The notes below the pieces were generated by a model. That model saw only the letters and a list, made by a program, of their open reading frames with translations, had not been told where the DNA came from and ran no database searches. From the NCBI GenBank assembly GCA_044356295.1, contig JBIKWN010000002.1, positions 1 to 64,000 on the forward strand: a stretch of 64,000 bases of DNA, read 5' to 3'. The translations under genes were made by a program, and so were the position numbers. Source of the stretch: Bdellovibrionota bacterium. Lineage in GTDB: Bacteria; Bdellovibrionota_C; UBA2361; JBIKWN01. This document shows, one piece after another, positions 29,932-38,866 of this stretch. Positions within the stretch are counted from its first letter, which is position 1; the number at the start of each line of letters is the position of its first letter.

Positions 29932-30960
29932 ATGCAGATATCCGAGTCCCTCGAAGAAGCAATTCTATCCCCACTTTTAAGTATCCCTTACAAAAGGGGT
30001 CATGCCATCTCGCACCAAGATCTTTCGACGTTCCTGCCCCATATACAGAATTTCTCGAAACGATACGTAGAACGCACCACTCTTCATGCATCTATTTCTG
30101 AACTTCAAGCAAAAAGTTATGCAGCGTATTACGGAATAATCAACGCTTATAAATGCCTTCATCTCTATTCTCTGCTTCCAAAAGATTTCACTCCACTATC
30201 ATTATTAGATTTCGGAGCAGGAAGTGGGACAGCTGCAATTGCTGCTAGTATCTATTTTCCCGACACTATTTCTGCTACTCACATTGAAGTAAGTGATGGC
30301 ATGAACATGGTAGCTAAAAAAATCACTTCTCCTCTCGTAAAAAGTCTTACGACCTTAAAGAAATTAGATAGCCTTTCAGTTGAGAGTTCTTTTAATCTTA
30401 TAATTGCTGCTAATTCTTTAAATGAAGTTCCCTTTGATCAAAGAACTGTCCTTGCCCAAGAACTTATCAGTCGTTGCTGTGACGGAGGCTATATTATTTT
30501 TCTTGAGCCAGGAACGATGCAGGCTTCATCCGAACTTATCAAACTTCGGGAAGCACTACTTTCTTCTATGAGTGGCGCTTCGATATTTTATCCGTGCTTT
30601 CATCAATTTCCATGCAAATTGTTATCTGACGGCAATGGATGGTGCCACCGTGAAATACAACTTCAACGTTCACCATATATTCGACAGATTGACCAAGCTC
30701 TGGGATTTAATAAGCATACTATTAGTTTTTCAGCGCTTATTTTTAGAAAAAACGGCACGCATTTGGATTCAAAACAATATCGAGTCATAACAGAAGCTAA
30801 AAAAAATAAGGTAGGCTCTTCGGCTTATCTTTGTGGGGCGGATTATCAAGGATTAGTCAGCCTTGGAAAAAGAGACCGAAACGATGAAAATAGAGGCTTT
30901 GAAAAGCTTCAAATGCATGATCAAACCCAATGGTTCACTGAATATAAGAGGTCTAACTAG
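29932..30960 (+). CDS. Rsm22/METTL17-like SAM-dependent methyltransferase family protein
   Basis: AYY, LLDFGAGSGTA, N.LNE, LEPGT, PCFHQFPC...WCH. Confidence 0.8.
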   Translation: MQISESLEEAILSPLLSIPYKRGHAISHQDLSTFLPHIQNFSKRYVERTTLHASISELQAKSYAAYYGIINAYKCLHLYSLLPKDFTPLSLLDFGAGSGTAAIAASIYFPDTISATHIEVSDGMNMVAKKITSPLVKSLTTLKKLDSLSVESSFNLIIAANSLNEVPFDQRTVLAQELISRCCDGGYIIFLEPGTMQASSELIKLREALLSSMSGASIFYPCFHQFPCKLLSDGNGWCHREIQLQRSPYIRQIDQALGFNKHTISFSALIFRKNGTHLDSKQYRVITEAKKNKVGSSAYLCGADYQGLVSLGKRDRNDENRGFEKLQMHDQTQWFTEYKRSN

Positions 30961-31004
30961 CTGGTTCCTAATCTCTAGAAACTCCTCTATAATTGCAGAT
31001 CGTT

Positions 31005-31892
31005 ATGTCAAAAAATACAGTTAGAAAAGCAATTATCCCCGCAGCTGGTCTTGGCACCCGTTTCCTTCCAGCTACTAAATCTGTGCCTAAAGAGCTCTTA
31101 CCGATCGTAGACACTCCTACGATTCAATATATAGTTGAAGAAGTACATGCTGCTGGCATCGAAACAGTTGTACTTATCACTGCAAAAGGTAAAACGGCGA
31201 TAGTTGATCACTTCGATCTTAATGCTGAGCTGCAAATAAAATTACAAAACGAAGGGAAACATGAACTTGCTACCAAACTTAATCACGCATGTGATCTTGT
31301 AAAAATTGTTTCTGCAAGACAACAAAATCCCCGTGGTCTTGGGCATGCTGTTCTATGTGCAAAGGATATCATTGGTAATGAACCATTCGCTGTACTTCTT
31401 GGAGATGACTTAGTTGATTCTGAAATCCCTTGTACTAAGCAAATGATCGATGTTTACAATAAATACAAAAAATCTGTTGTTGCATTGATGGAAGTCCCCG
31501 AATTAGATGTTCCAAAATTTGGTATCTGCGGTGGTACTGAAATTGCCGAAGGAATTCTTGATTTAAATATTATGGTTGAAAAACCAAAATTTACAGAAGC
31601 ACCATCTAATCTTGCTATAGTAGGTCGATATATACTTACACCAAGAATCTTTGAAATTTTGGAACAGACACCTGCTGGTAAGGGTGGTGAAATCCAATTA
31701 ACTGATGCTATGGCTCAGTTAATGAGAGAAGAAGGATTCATAGGTTATAAATTTAAAGGTGACAGATACGATGCTGGTGATAAATTTGGTTTCGTTCAAG
31801 CCAATATTCACTATGGCCTCAAAAACCCAGAGATTCATGACCGCTTGATTCAATATATGGAAAATATTGTCGAAAAGTCTAAGAAAAACTAA
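31005..31892 (+). CDS. galU: UTP--glucose-1-phosphate uridylyltransferase
   Basis: KAIIPAAGLGTRFLPATK..PKE, GLGHA, LGDD, VEKP, GRY, GGEIQLTDA. Confidence 0.96.
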   Translation: MSKNTVRKAIIPAAGLGTRFLPATKSVPKELLPIVDTPTIQYIVEEVHAAGIETVVLITAKGKTAIVDHFDLNAELQIKLQNEGKHELATKLNHACDLVKIVSARQQNPRGLGHAVLCAKDIIGNEPFAVLLGDDLVDSEIPCTKQMIDVYNKYKKSVVALMEVPELDVPKFGICGGTEIAEGILDLNIMVEKPKFTEAPSNLAIVGRYILTPRIFEILEQTPAGKGGEIQLTDAMAQLMREEGFIGYKFKGDRYDAGDKFGFVQANIHYGLKNPEIHDRLIQYMENIVEKSKKN

Positions 31893-31942
31893 AGACAGAT
31901 AAAAGAGTTTTGAGCCAGAAAGGCGACCGAGATATTCGGATT

Positions 31943-33328
31943 TTAATCTGAATGTATTAAATAAAACCCTCTTACATCGACATTACATGAAATCGCTGCG
32001 TCTAATAATGGAACCGTCTTGTGGTTAATTAAGGCACCACTTGGATCTAAAAAGATGACTCTTTGGATATTTCCAACTTGAGAAATACTTTCTAAGCGAA
32101 GCCCTACTTTTTCGCCCAATGATTGTAACGTTTTCTTAGAGACTAATGATGCATCGCTATGTATTACTTGAAGTTCAATTTTCGAAGTATTAATTGGTTT
32201 ATTAAGACTGAACTCATGTAATGTTACGTGAGGCAATCTGTATTGAGGAAGAGATAAAACTTGGAACCTTTCATCTTCTGGGGATTCATTATTTTGAATT
32301 GCTCGAACAACTGCGTCTGTAAAATCACTTGTCGACGAAGCATGAGGAGTATTTCTTGCTACATCACCAGTTCGAAATTCACCTTGTTCGTAAACAGCAT
32401 ACATACCATTTAACATTCTAATAGCTGATGCTTCTTCACCGAGATAGCTAAGCATCATTACTGAGCTAAGCATTAAGCTTGTTGGATTTGCAATTCCTTT
32501 GCCAGCAATGTCTGGCGCAGTTCCGTGTACTGCTTCAAACATTGCATGTTCAGAGCCAATATTTGCAGAACCAGCCAATCCTAAACCACCAATAATACCA
32601 GCTGCTTCATCACTTAAAATATCACCATGGAGGTTACTCATAAAAATTACTTCAAGGTCATGAGGATTAATCACAATCTGCTGGGCTGCATTATCTACAA
32701 TAAGGTCAGTTGCTAAAACATCAGGATATTCAGGCGCAATTTTTCTAAAAAGGGACAAAAGCATTCCTTCAGTTTGTTTGAGAATATTTGCTTTATGTGC
32801 GCAGCATACTTTTCGATGATCACCTTCTTGTGCGCGCTGTCGCGCCATTTCAAAAGATGCTCTGATTATTCGTTCACAACCTTCAAGCGTCATAACTTTA
32901 TCAGCAACGACAACTCCCGGTGCTATAGTTCTCTCTTGTCCGATATAAAGATCTTCCATATTTTCACGCACTAAAAGAAAATCAATAATTTTTCCTTCAT
33001 TTCTTTTTGAAGGAACAACTCTTGTACCAATACCAGGTAGCTCTTTTATAGGGCGTAAGTTTGCGTAAAGTTGAAGCTGGTTTCGTAACGTTACATTGAG
33101 ACTTTTAAATCCTCCACCAAGAGGCGTACCTAATGGACCTTTAAGAAGTGCATTGCTCTTTAATGCTGAAGCAATAACATCTTCCACGAATCTATTTGGA
33201 TCAGAAGTTGAGGTATTGAGAATATCAAAATCTAGATCGGCTCCGGATGCTTTTAAAACCTTTAATGTACCCTCTGTAATTTCCGGTCCAATTCCTTCTC
33301 CAGGAACTACTGTTACAAGATGTGTCAT
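31943..33328 (-). CDS. icd: Isocitrate dehydrogenase (isocitrate/isopropylmalate family) with C-terminal extension; NAD-type signature
   Basis: PGEGIGPEI, GGGFKSLNVTLR (isocitrate-binding S/N/R), YANLRP, RENMEDLY, HKANI, GDILSD, EAVHGTAPDIAGK; ~120-aa extra C-terminal domain; SD AAGGAG. Confidence 0.8.
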   Translation of the reverse strand: MTHLVTVVPGEGIGPEITEGTLKVLKASGADLDFDILNTSTSDPNRFVEDVIASALKSNALLKGPLGTPLGGGFKSLNVTLRNQLQLYANLRPIKELPGIGTRVVPSKRNEGKIIDFLLVRENMEDLYIGQERTIAPGVVVADKVMTLEGCERIIRASFEMARQRAQEGDHRKVCCAHKANILKQTEGMLLSLFRKIAPEYPDVLATDLIVDNAAQQIVINPHDLEVIFMSNLHGDILSDEAAGIIGGLGLAGSANIGSEHAMFEAVHGTAPDIAGKGIANPTSLMLSSVMMLSYLGEEASAIRMLNGMYAVYEQGEFRTGDVARNTPHASSTSDFTDAVVRAIQNNESPEDERFQVLSLPQYRLPHVTLHEFSLNKPINTSKIELQVIHSDASLVSKKTLQSLGEKVGLRLESISQVGNIQRVIFLDPSGALINHKTVPLLDAAISCNVDVRGFYLIHSD

Positions 33329-33340
33329 ATAAATATCTCC

Positions 33341-34498
33341 TTATGCTGCTAGTTGAAATTTTAGTTGAGACTCTAATCCTTGCATTGCTGCAATTGTGTG
33401 TGAATATTTCAGCTCTTCATGCTGACCAAGAATAGGAAGCATTGCTGCCCCCTCTTCGACTTCATTAAATGAAAATATAGGTCGAATTGGAGCTTGTTGT
33501 TCATCATTAAAACGAGCTACACGAGCTGCTGCAGTTTCAATATCTTGATCTGTACCACCTGTGACAATTGGAGCATGAGGATATTGTCCAGCAAGTGACT
33601 CTATCTTAGATGAATATGTAGCCCTAATACTTGAATCCCAACCAAGAGAGAATGGAGCAAAAAAAGGTAATTTTCCTTCACTAATACTATTCCATTCGTT
33701 GAATGATGCTTCAACTCGTTGATTATAATCTTGTATTGGTGATGCTTTCGGATCAAAAGAAGGTAAATAACAGTATCCTGTTGCTGCATTAAATAGATGT
33801 GATTCTGAAGCTTTGTTAACTCCCTTCTCATCACAAACGACAGCTATAAGATATGGATCTTTTCCCCATTTCTCTTTTGCATAACGCTTGAACTCAGCGA
33901 CTACTTCTGTGATTTTTTCATCACAATTATCAAAACTCAGTGAAAATGCACCAAAAGCAATGACCGGTCGTCCATCAATATGAACAAACTGTGGATGATC
34001 GATTGTCTCTTTTGAAAGATAATCAACCATCCACCGAGCTGTTTCTTTTGTAAGGTCGAAACAGCGATCATGCTCTTTAAAGCCTTCAGGCACTGGTGTT
34101 ACAACACGGGCTCTGTTGTAAGAAAACATTACAGAAAAAGGAACTTCTTCATTCAGTCGAAGCATTACTTGATATGGTTTTTCAAGTTCTACAATTGGTT
34201 TATCGTTAGCACATCCAACAAAAAGATCCCAAAAAAGCCCTGTACCTATTTTTGAAGCAAGCTCTAAATGCTGCGACATTACTTCTACATCAGCATCATC
34301 CCAATCTTCAGATCTATTTGGTAAAACAAACTGAGGATGAACATGATCTTTAAAGAGAGTTTCCTTCTCTAAAAATAGATCTCTGTAGGAATGAAGAGTA
34401 ACACCGTGATCCTTTGCCCTCGCTAAACGCTCAGGGCAAGAATTACTATGAGGATAAAAGTATGCAAGGTGAACGGGCTTTTCTGATGAAACTTCCAC
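33341..34498 (-). CDS. WbsX / glycoside hydrolase family 99-like domain protein (cytoplasmic)
   Basis: AYFYPH, D...M..H..LA...G, HPQF..IDGRPV, GWD.S.R, FNE..EG; GTG at 34498 follows the upstream stop with SD AGGAG; no signal peptide. Confidence 0.72.
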   Translation of the reverse strand: MEVSSEKPVHLAYFYPHSNSCPERLARAKDHGVTLHSYRDLFLEKETLFKDHVHPQFVLPNRSEDWDDADVEVMSQHLELASKIGTGLFWDLFVGCANDKPIVELEKPYQVMLRLNEEVPFSVMFSYNRARVVTPVPEGFKEHDRCFDLTKETARWMVDYLSKETIDHPQFVHIDGRPVIAFGAFSLSFDNCDEKITEVVAEFKRYAKEKWGKDPYLIAVVCDEKGVNKASESHLFNAATGYCYLPSFDPKASPIQDYNQRVEASFNEWNSISEGKLPFFAPFSLGWDSSIRATYSSKIESLAGQYPHAPIVTGGTDQDIETAAARVARFNDEQQAPIRPIFSFNEVEEGAAMLPILGQHEELKYSHTIAAMQGLESQLKFQLAA

Positions 34499-34499
34499 G

Positions 34500-35930
34500 T
34501 TACTCTCCTTGAACAACAACAGGTCTTGAAAATTCAAGAAGCGCATCTTTTATTGAAAGAACGCCCATACCTGAATCTCTTGATCCAGTGAATGGAAGAT
34601 CATCAGGACTTCTTTGGCATTGGGTATTAAAATTGATACGTGAATAAATATTTTTTGCTGCGTTCACAAGCTCTTCATGCCCAGCCTTATTCGTCGTAAA
34701 AATACTAACTTGTTGAGCAAAATTTGAATGCTTCATCCACTCTATGACTTCGCTCTCATCGTCAAACGGTATAATCGGTACAACAGGACCAAATTGTTCC
34801 TCATGAGCAATTCTTGAATCTACTGTCACAGGATATAATACTGCTGGTGTATATAAGTTTCCTTCTGATGTTCCACCGTTATTGTTTATTACTGTAGCGC
34901 CACTTGTAGCGATTGCATCGTTTACAAGCGTTTCCATAAATTCAACTGAACTTGGCTCAATTGGAGTGATCGTTACTCCTTCTTCCCAAGGATTACCGCA
35001 CTGTAATTTTTCAACTTCTTTTTTCATAAGTTTCGAGAATTGTTCAGCAACCGCAGTATGAACAAAGAGAGCTTTTAATGCTGTACAACGTTGACCGTTG
35101 AAACTAAGTGCCCCTTTTACACATTCAGAAGCAGTTTTTTCTAGATCCGCATCAGGAAGAATAATCCCCGGATTTTTTGCACCAAGACCCAATACAACTT
35201 TTAATTTATGCGGGTTAGGATTATTACCAAGTATTCTTTTAGCAGTATTGGTTCCACCGATAAAACAAAGAGCATTTAACTTACCACTTTCAACGATTGG
35301 TGTGATTAGTTCTTGTCCATCACCTGAAAGCATAGAAACAACCCCCTCTGGAAAACATTTCTTAAATCCCTCTTCCAAAGCAAGTACTGCTAATGCTCCA
35401 ACTTTTGGCGTTTTAATAATGACACTATTGCCCATCAAAAGTGATGGAAGCATAACTGTGAGTGTTTCATTGATCGGATAATTTGAAGGACCCATAAGAA
35501 GCATAACACCAAGTGATGCACGCTTGTCTTGATGAGGAGCTAAGGCAGAATCTATTGTTTTTTCCATGTATTCAATAGTTCTATCTACTTCTTTTAGAGC
35601 GTCGGATTTCGTTTTACAGATCTCCCACATCAGTAGATCTGCAATTTTTTCTCGGTTTTCAGATAAGTAATCATTAAACTTTCTTACTGCACTCGCTCTT
35701 GTCTCAAGAGAAGCACGTGCCCATTCACCAGTACCATAATCGTATGACTCAACTGCTTTATTAAGGGCAGCAAGGGCATCGTCTCTATTCATTAATGGAA
35801 CTTCACCTAAATATGTGCGATTACCATCGCTACCTAGTATTGGTGAAAGAACCTGCTGAGATCGTGCGATACTAGTTTGTGGATTATTCCCTGTATGTAT
35901 TGGTAATTGTGGAGCAACTGCTGTTTTCAT
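34500..35930 (-). CDS. Aldehyde dehydrogenase, GapN-like (non-phosphorylating GAPDH family), atypical active site
   Basis: LMWEICK, MGPSNYPINET, FIGG, FNGQRCTA (catalytic Cys), EEQFGPV, QCQRSPD..PF.G..DS; LGLGAKN in place of LELGGK. Confidence 0.82.
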   Translation of the reverse strand: MKTAVAPQLPIHTGNNPQTSIARSQQVLSPILGSDGNRTYLGEVPLMNRDDALAALNKAVESYDYGTGEWARASLETRASAVRKFNDYLSENREKIADLLMWEICKTKSDALKEVDRTIEYMEKTIDSALAPHQDKRASLGVMLLMGPSNYPINETLTVMLPSLLMGNSVIIKTPKVGALAVLALEEGFKKCFPEGVVSMLSGDGQELITPIVESGKLNALCFIGGTNTAKRILGNNPNPHKLKVVLGLGAKNPGIILPDADLEKTASECVKGALSFNGQRCTALKALFVHTAVAEQFSKLMKKEVEKLQCGNPWEEGVTITPIEPSSVEFMETLVNDAIATSGATVINNNGGTSEGNLYTPAVLYPVTVDSRIAHEEQFGPVVPIIPFDDESEVIEWMKHSNFAQQVSIFTTNKAGHEELVNAAKNIYSRINFNTQCQRSPDDLPFTGSRDSGMGVLSIKDALLEFSRPVVVQGE

Positions 35931-35970
35931 TGTGACCTCTTATTATTAATATTGTTGTTTCTTAATTACG

Positions 35971-36669
35971 TTATATAGATATGCCTCGTGGAATTTCTCT
36001 TTCGTTTTTTCCACCGAGGCAACGTTCTAAAGGGGCTATAGATCGTCCTCGCTCTGCAATACAAAATATTTCTCGCGAAGTTTTAAGATTCACTCCTGCT
36101 TGAGTTAACTCTTGAATAGTTTTCTCTTCATCACTTAGAATTCCAAGATTAGCATCACCTTGGTTTAAATTTACTGATTTTGTGGCATCAAAGATAACTG
36201 CAGTATTAAGACCTAATTTCTGTGCATCAAGCGCTGAAAATTTCACACAGTAATCAAAAGCTAAACCAACAATATCAATTTCACAGTCATGTAATGTTTT
36301 ACCTTGGCGTGCTGCGACTTCTTCAAGATATTGAGATAATCCAGTACTTTCTAGTTTGGCATTATCGAAAAATGCGCTATATGAATCGATATTTGGATTT
36401 GTCCCTTTAAGAATGATTTTATCTATCTCTGCAGTCAAAAGGTCTGATCGAAGCTCAGCACCAAGCGTTCCTTGAACACAGTGAACAGGCCATTCATCAA
36501 AACTACAATGATTTGCAGGATGCCAGTCTTGACTAGCAACTATGACATCATACTGACCCTCTGCAATCAATTGATTGACGATTGGAACAATCGTATCACC
36601 ATCGTTAACTCCTAATCCGCCTCCTGGACAGAAGTCATTTTGTAAATCTACAACTAATAATATTTTCAT
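35971..36669 (-). CDS. pncA: Nicotinamidase/pyrazinamidase
   Basis: VDLQNDF.PGG.L, QDWHP..H, WPVHCVQGT.GA, KG....DSYSAF.DN, GLAFDYCV (Asp-Lys-Cys triad). Confidence 0.93.
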   Translation of the reverse strand: MKILLVVDLQNDFCPGGGLGVNDGDTIVPIVNQLIAEGQYDVIVASQDWHPANHCSFDEWPVHCVQGTLGAELRSDLLTAEIDKIILKGTNPNIDSYSAFFDNAKLESTGLSQYLEEVAARQGKTLHDCEIDIVGLAFDYCVKFSALDAQKLGLNTAVIFDATKSVNLNQGDANLGILSDEEKTIQELTQAGVNLKTSREIFCIAERGRSIAPLERCLGGKNEREIPRGISI

Positions 36670-36722
36670 GTATCCCTCTCTTTATTCGTTCGTATTGTTT
36701 GTGAAATAACTTCTCAATCAAT

Positions 36723-36746
36723 ATCTAGAATCTAGATGGAATTATA
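36723..36746 (-). promoter_or_regulatory. pncA-operon -10 box followed by 15-bp palindrome (candidate operator)
   Basis: Minus-strand TATAAT at 36741-36746, then ATCTAGA-n-TCTAGAT at 36723-36737. Confidence 0.45.
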
Positions 36747-36788
36747 GAAAATGGAAAATAATTGTAATTTTTAACAGATTATTAACTG

Positions 36789-37763
36789 TTAACTGATAAT
36801 AATATCACTGGGATACAGTGTCGTTTTTATATCCTGAAACTTTGAAAGCACCTTTAAAGATATAATCTCATCACCAAACTCAGCATAAAGCTCCCGTGCA
36901 ATTTGTGCTGCTTGTTGAGGTCGAGATACTTCAACATTAATTTCATAATCCCAACTCCCAAAACATTCAATAACACTTATCATATTCGGATGCTGTGCAG
37001 CACATGCAAGAAGTTTCTGAGTAAACTGAGGATTAAGCCCTCTTCCAAATACAAGTATCTTAAATGTTTCATAATCAAATTTGGAAGGCTGAACACTGTA
37101 AAAATATCCTGTTAGAATTCCGGCATTTCGGAGTTTAGAGATACGAAGTTCAAAAGTTGAGAGAGGTACTTTTAATTTCTCTGCGAGTTTTCGGTGAGAT
37201 TCATTCCGAAAAGAACTAATTGCAACGAGAATCTTGTGATCTAATTCATCAATCTCTACCCGTTCACCACCTCTATTCATTGTCAAAGGTTTCGCTTTGG
37301 TTTTCGTTTCACTAAGATAACCCCGTGAAAGCAACGTAACAGAAAACTGTGATGAGACACTCTTTTGTTGAAAGATATTTCCAAATTTTTGAGTTAATTT
37401 ACCTAGAATAGTTCGAACTTCAGAGAAGTGTTGGCAGATGATCTCAATACCGAATTCAAATTCAGCACCCATTTCGGCAATCCAAACTACAGAAGGAGTC
37501 TGAATAAGAGCATCAATAAATGACTGGCGATATTTACGGCTTTCAGAGCCGAGTGAGAAAAAAATATTATGGGATGTATAGCCAAGTGCAAAAAGGTTAA
37601 TAAACGGAATTCTTGATATTACTTTTCGCTCTTCAAGCTGTCTCAGAGCATAACGAATTGTATGCTCTCGGAGCCCTACTAGTTTACGTATTTCTGGAAT
37701 TGTTAGATCGGCACGTAATTCAACAGCAGACAGAATTTTGGATTCTTTTGATGATAGCTTCAT
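36789..37763 (-). CDS. Tandem (double) Lrp/AsnC-family transcriptional regulator
   Basis: Two HTH+RAM repeats: LSSKESKIL...EHTIRYALRQLEE...LGY and IDELDHKIL...LAEKLKVPLSTFELRISKL...GIL...CFGSWDY. Confidence 0.82.
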   Translation of the reverse strand: MKLSSKESKILSAVELRADLTIPEIRKLVGLREHTIRYALRQLEERKVISRIPFINLFALGYTSHNIFFSLGSESRKYRQSFIDALIQTPSVVWIAEMGAEFEFGIEIICQHFSEVRTILGKLTQKFGNIFQQKSVSSQFSVTLLSRGYLSETKTKAKPLTMNRGGERVEIDELDHKILVAISSFRNESHRKLAEKLKVPLSTFELRISKLRNAGILTGYFYSVQPSKFDYETFKILVFGRGLNPQFTQKLLACAAQHPNMISVIECFGSWDYEINVEVSRPQQAAQIARELYAEFGDEIISLKVLSKFQDIKTTLYPSDIIIS

Positions 37764-37935
37764 GTGTGAAAATTAACATAGATTTATCAATTTGTATAAG
37801 AATTATCATAATACGAACTTTTCTGAGCGTTAGCATACCTCTACTGGTAGTTTCGCCAAGCCTTGATAACCCTTACATTTGAACTATGCTCTATCTATCG
37901 ATTGATTTAATTAGCTTCAAAATATAAAGAATTCT

Positions 37936-38721
37936 GTGGAAAAATACGACTTCTCTCTTATGATCGAGACTGAAGTATTATGCTCGTTAACTACTATTAA
38001 GATTAAGGATTCTTCCTGGGAAGATAAGCTTCATGAACTTAGCGAGTTACGATTATCCCGGTTTGCACTTTTTGTAACAGGTCTTAATTCATCAGAACGA
38101 ATAAGACTTTATGAAAAATTAAAGATATTAAGGAATCAATTCTTCTTCGAAATCCCTTTCGTGCACGCAACAAGTGATATGACGAATATCGAGTTTCATA
38201 AACTTAGAGATGAATTTGGCACAGATAAATTTAATCTTCATCCGACTCGATGCTATCCAATCAAAGATAACTTAGATTCAACTATCAAAGAAAAAATATA
38301 TATTGAGAACGCAACTCCAGATGGACTGCTTTTAAACACTGACATAGAAGGCTTTGCAGGTCTCTGTCTTGATTTATCTCACTGTGAGGACGCAAAGTAT
38401 TACAAAAAAGATGTATTTCAATCATTGGAAAATCTTACGTATCACTACCAAGTAGGTGCTAATCACATAAGTTCGGTACTACCTTCTGCTCACGCAATCT
38501 ATGAAGGAAGACCTATTCGGTCTAATCATATCTACTCTGGATTATCATCTTTTGATTATGTTTTAAATTATCATCCCAATTTCTGGGGAGCATATGCAGC
38601 TATAGAGCTTGATGATTCATTTGCAACTCAGCTTGAAGTTAAAACGTATATAGAGTCGATGCTCAAGAAAATGAACTCAGAATCTGAGATTGAAAATATG
38701 AATAATCAAGTTGCCGCATAA
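37936..38721 (+). CDS. Hypothetical protein, probable xylose-isomerase/AP-endonuclease-2-like TIM-barrel metalloenzyme
   Basis: Spaced motifs FVHA, NLHP, YIEN, LCLDLSH, NHIS, AIEL; start uncertain (GTG 37936 or ATG 37960). Confidence 0.55.
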   Translation: MEKYDFSLMIETEVLCSLTTIKIKDSSWEDKLHELSELRLSRFALFVTGLNSSERIRLYEKLKILRNQFFFEIPFVHATSDMTNIEFHKLRDEFGTDKFNLHPTRCYPIKDNLDSTIKEKIYIENATPDGLLLNTDIEGFAGLCLDLSHCEDAKYYKKDVFQSLENLTYHYQVGANHISSVLPSAHAIYEGRPIRSNHIYSGLSSFDYVLNYHPNFWGAYAAIELDDSFATQLEVKTYIESMLKKMNSESEIENMNNQVAA

Positions 38722-38749
38722 GAAAGTCTGATTCATCTAATATAGAGCT

Positions 38750-38804
38750 ATAAATATAATTATTACCATAATATTAATGTATTTATGGTAATAATTATAT
38801 TTAT
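38750..38804. repeat. Perfect 22-bp inverted repeat with 11-nt spacer upstream of pncB
   Basis: ataaatataattattaccataa (38750-38771) / ttatggtaataattatatttat (38783-38804). Confidence 0.9.
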
Positions 38805-38833
38805 TTGTTTATAAGTATCTTTTTAGACATAAC
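38805..38833 (+). promoter_or_regulatory. Candidate sigma70 promoter for pncB-nadE-nudix/nadD
   Basis: TTGTTT-N17-CATAAC directly abutting the inverted repeat. Confidence 0.4.
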
Positions 38834-38866
38834 CTTAATCAAGCTCATTTTTTAAGGAAAAAGGTT

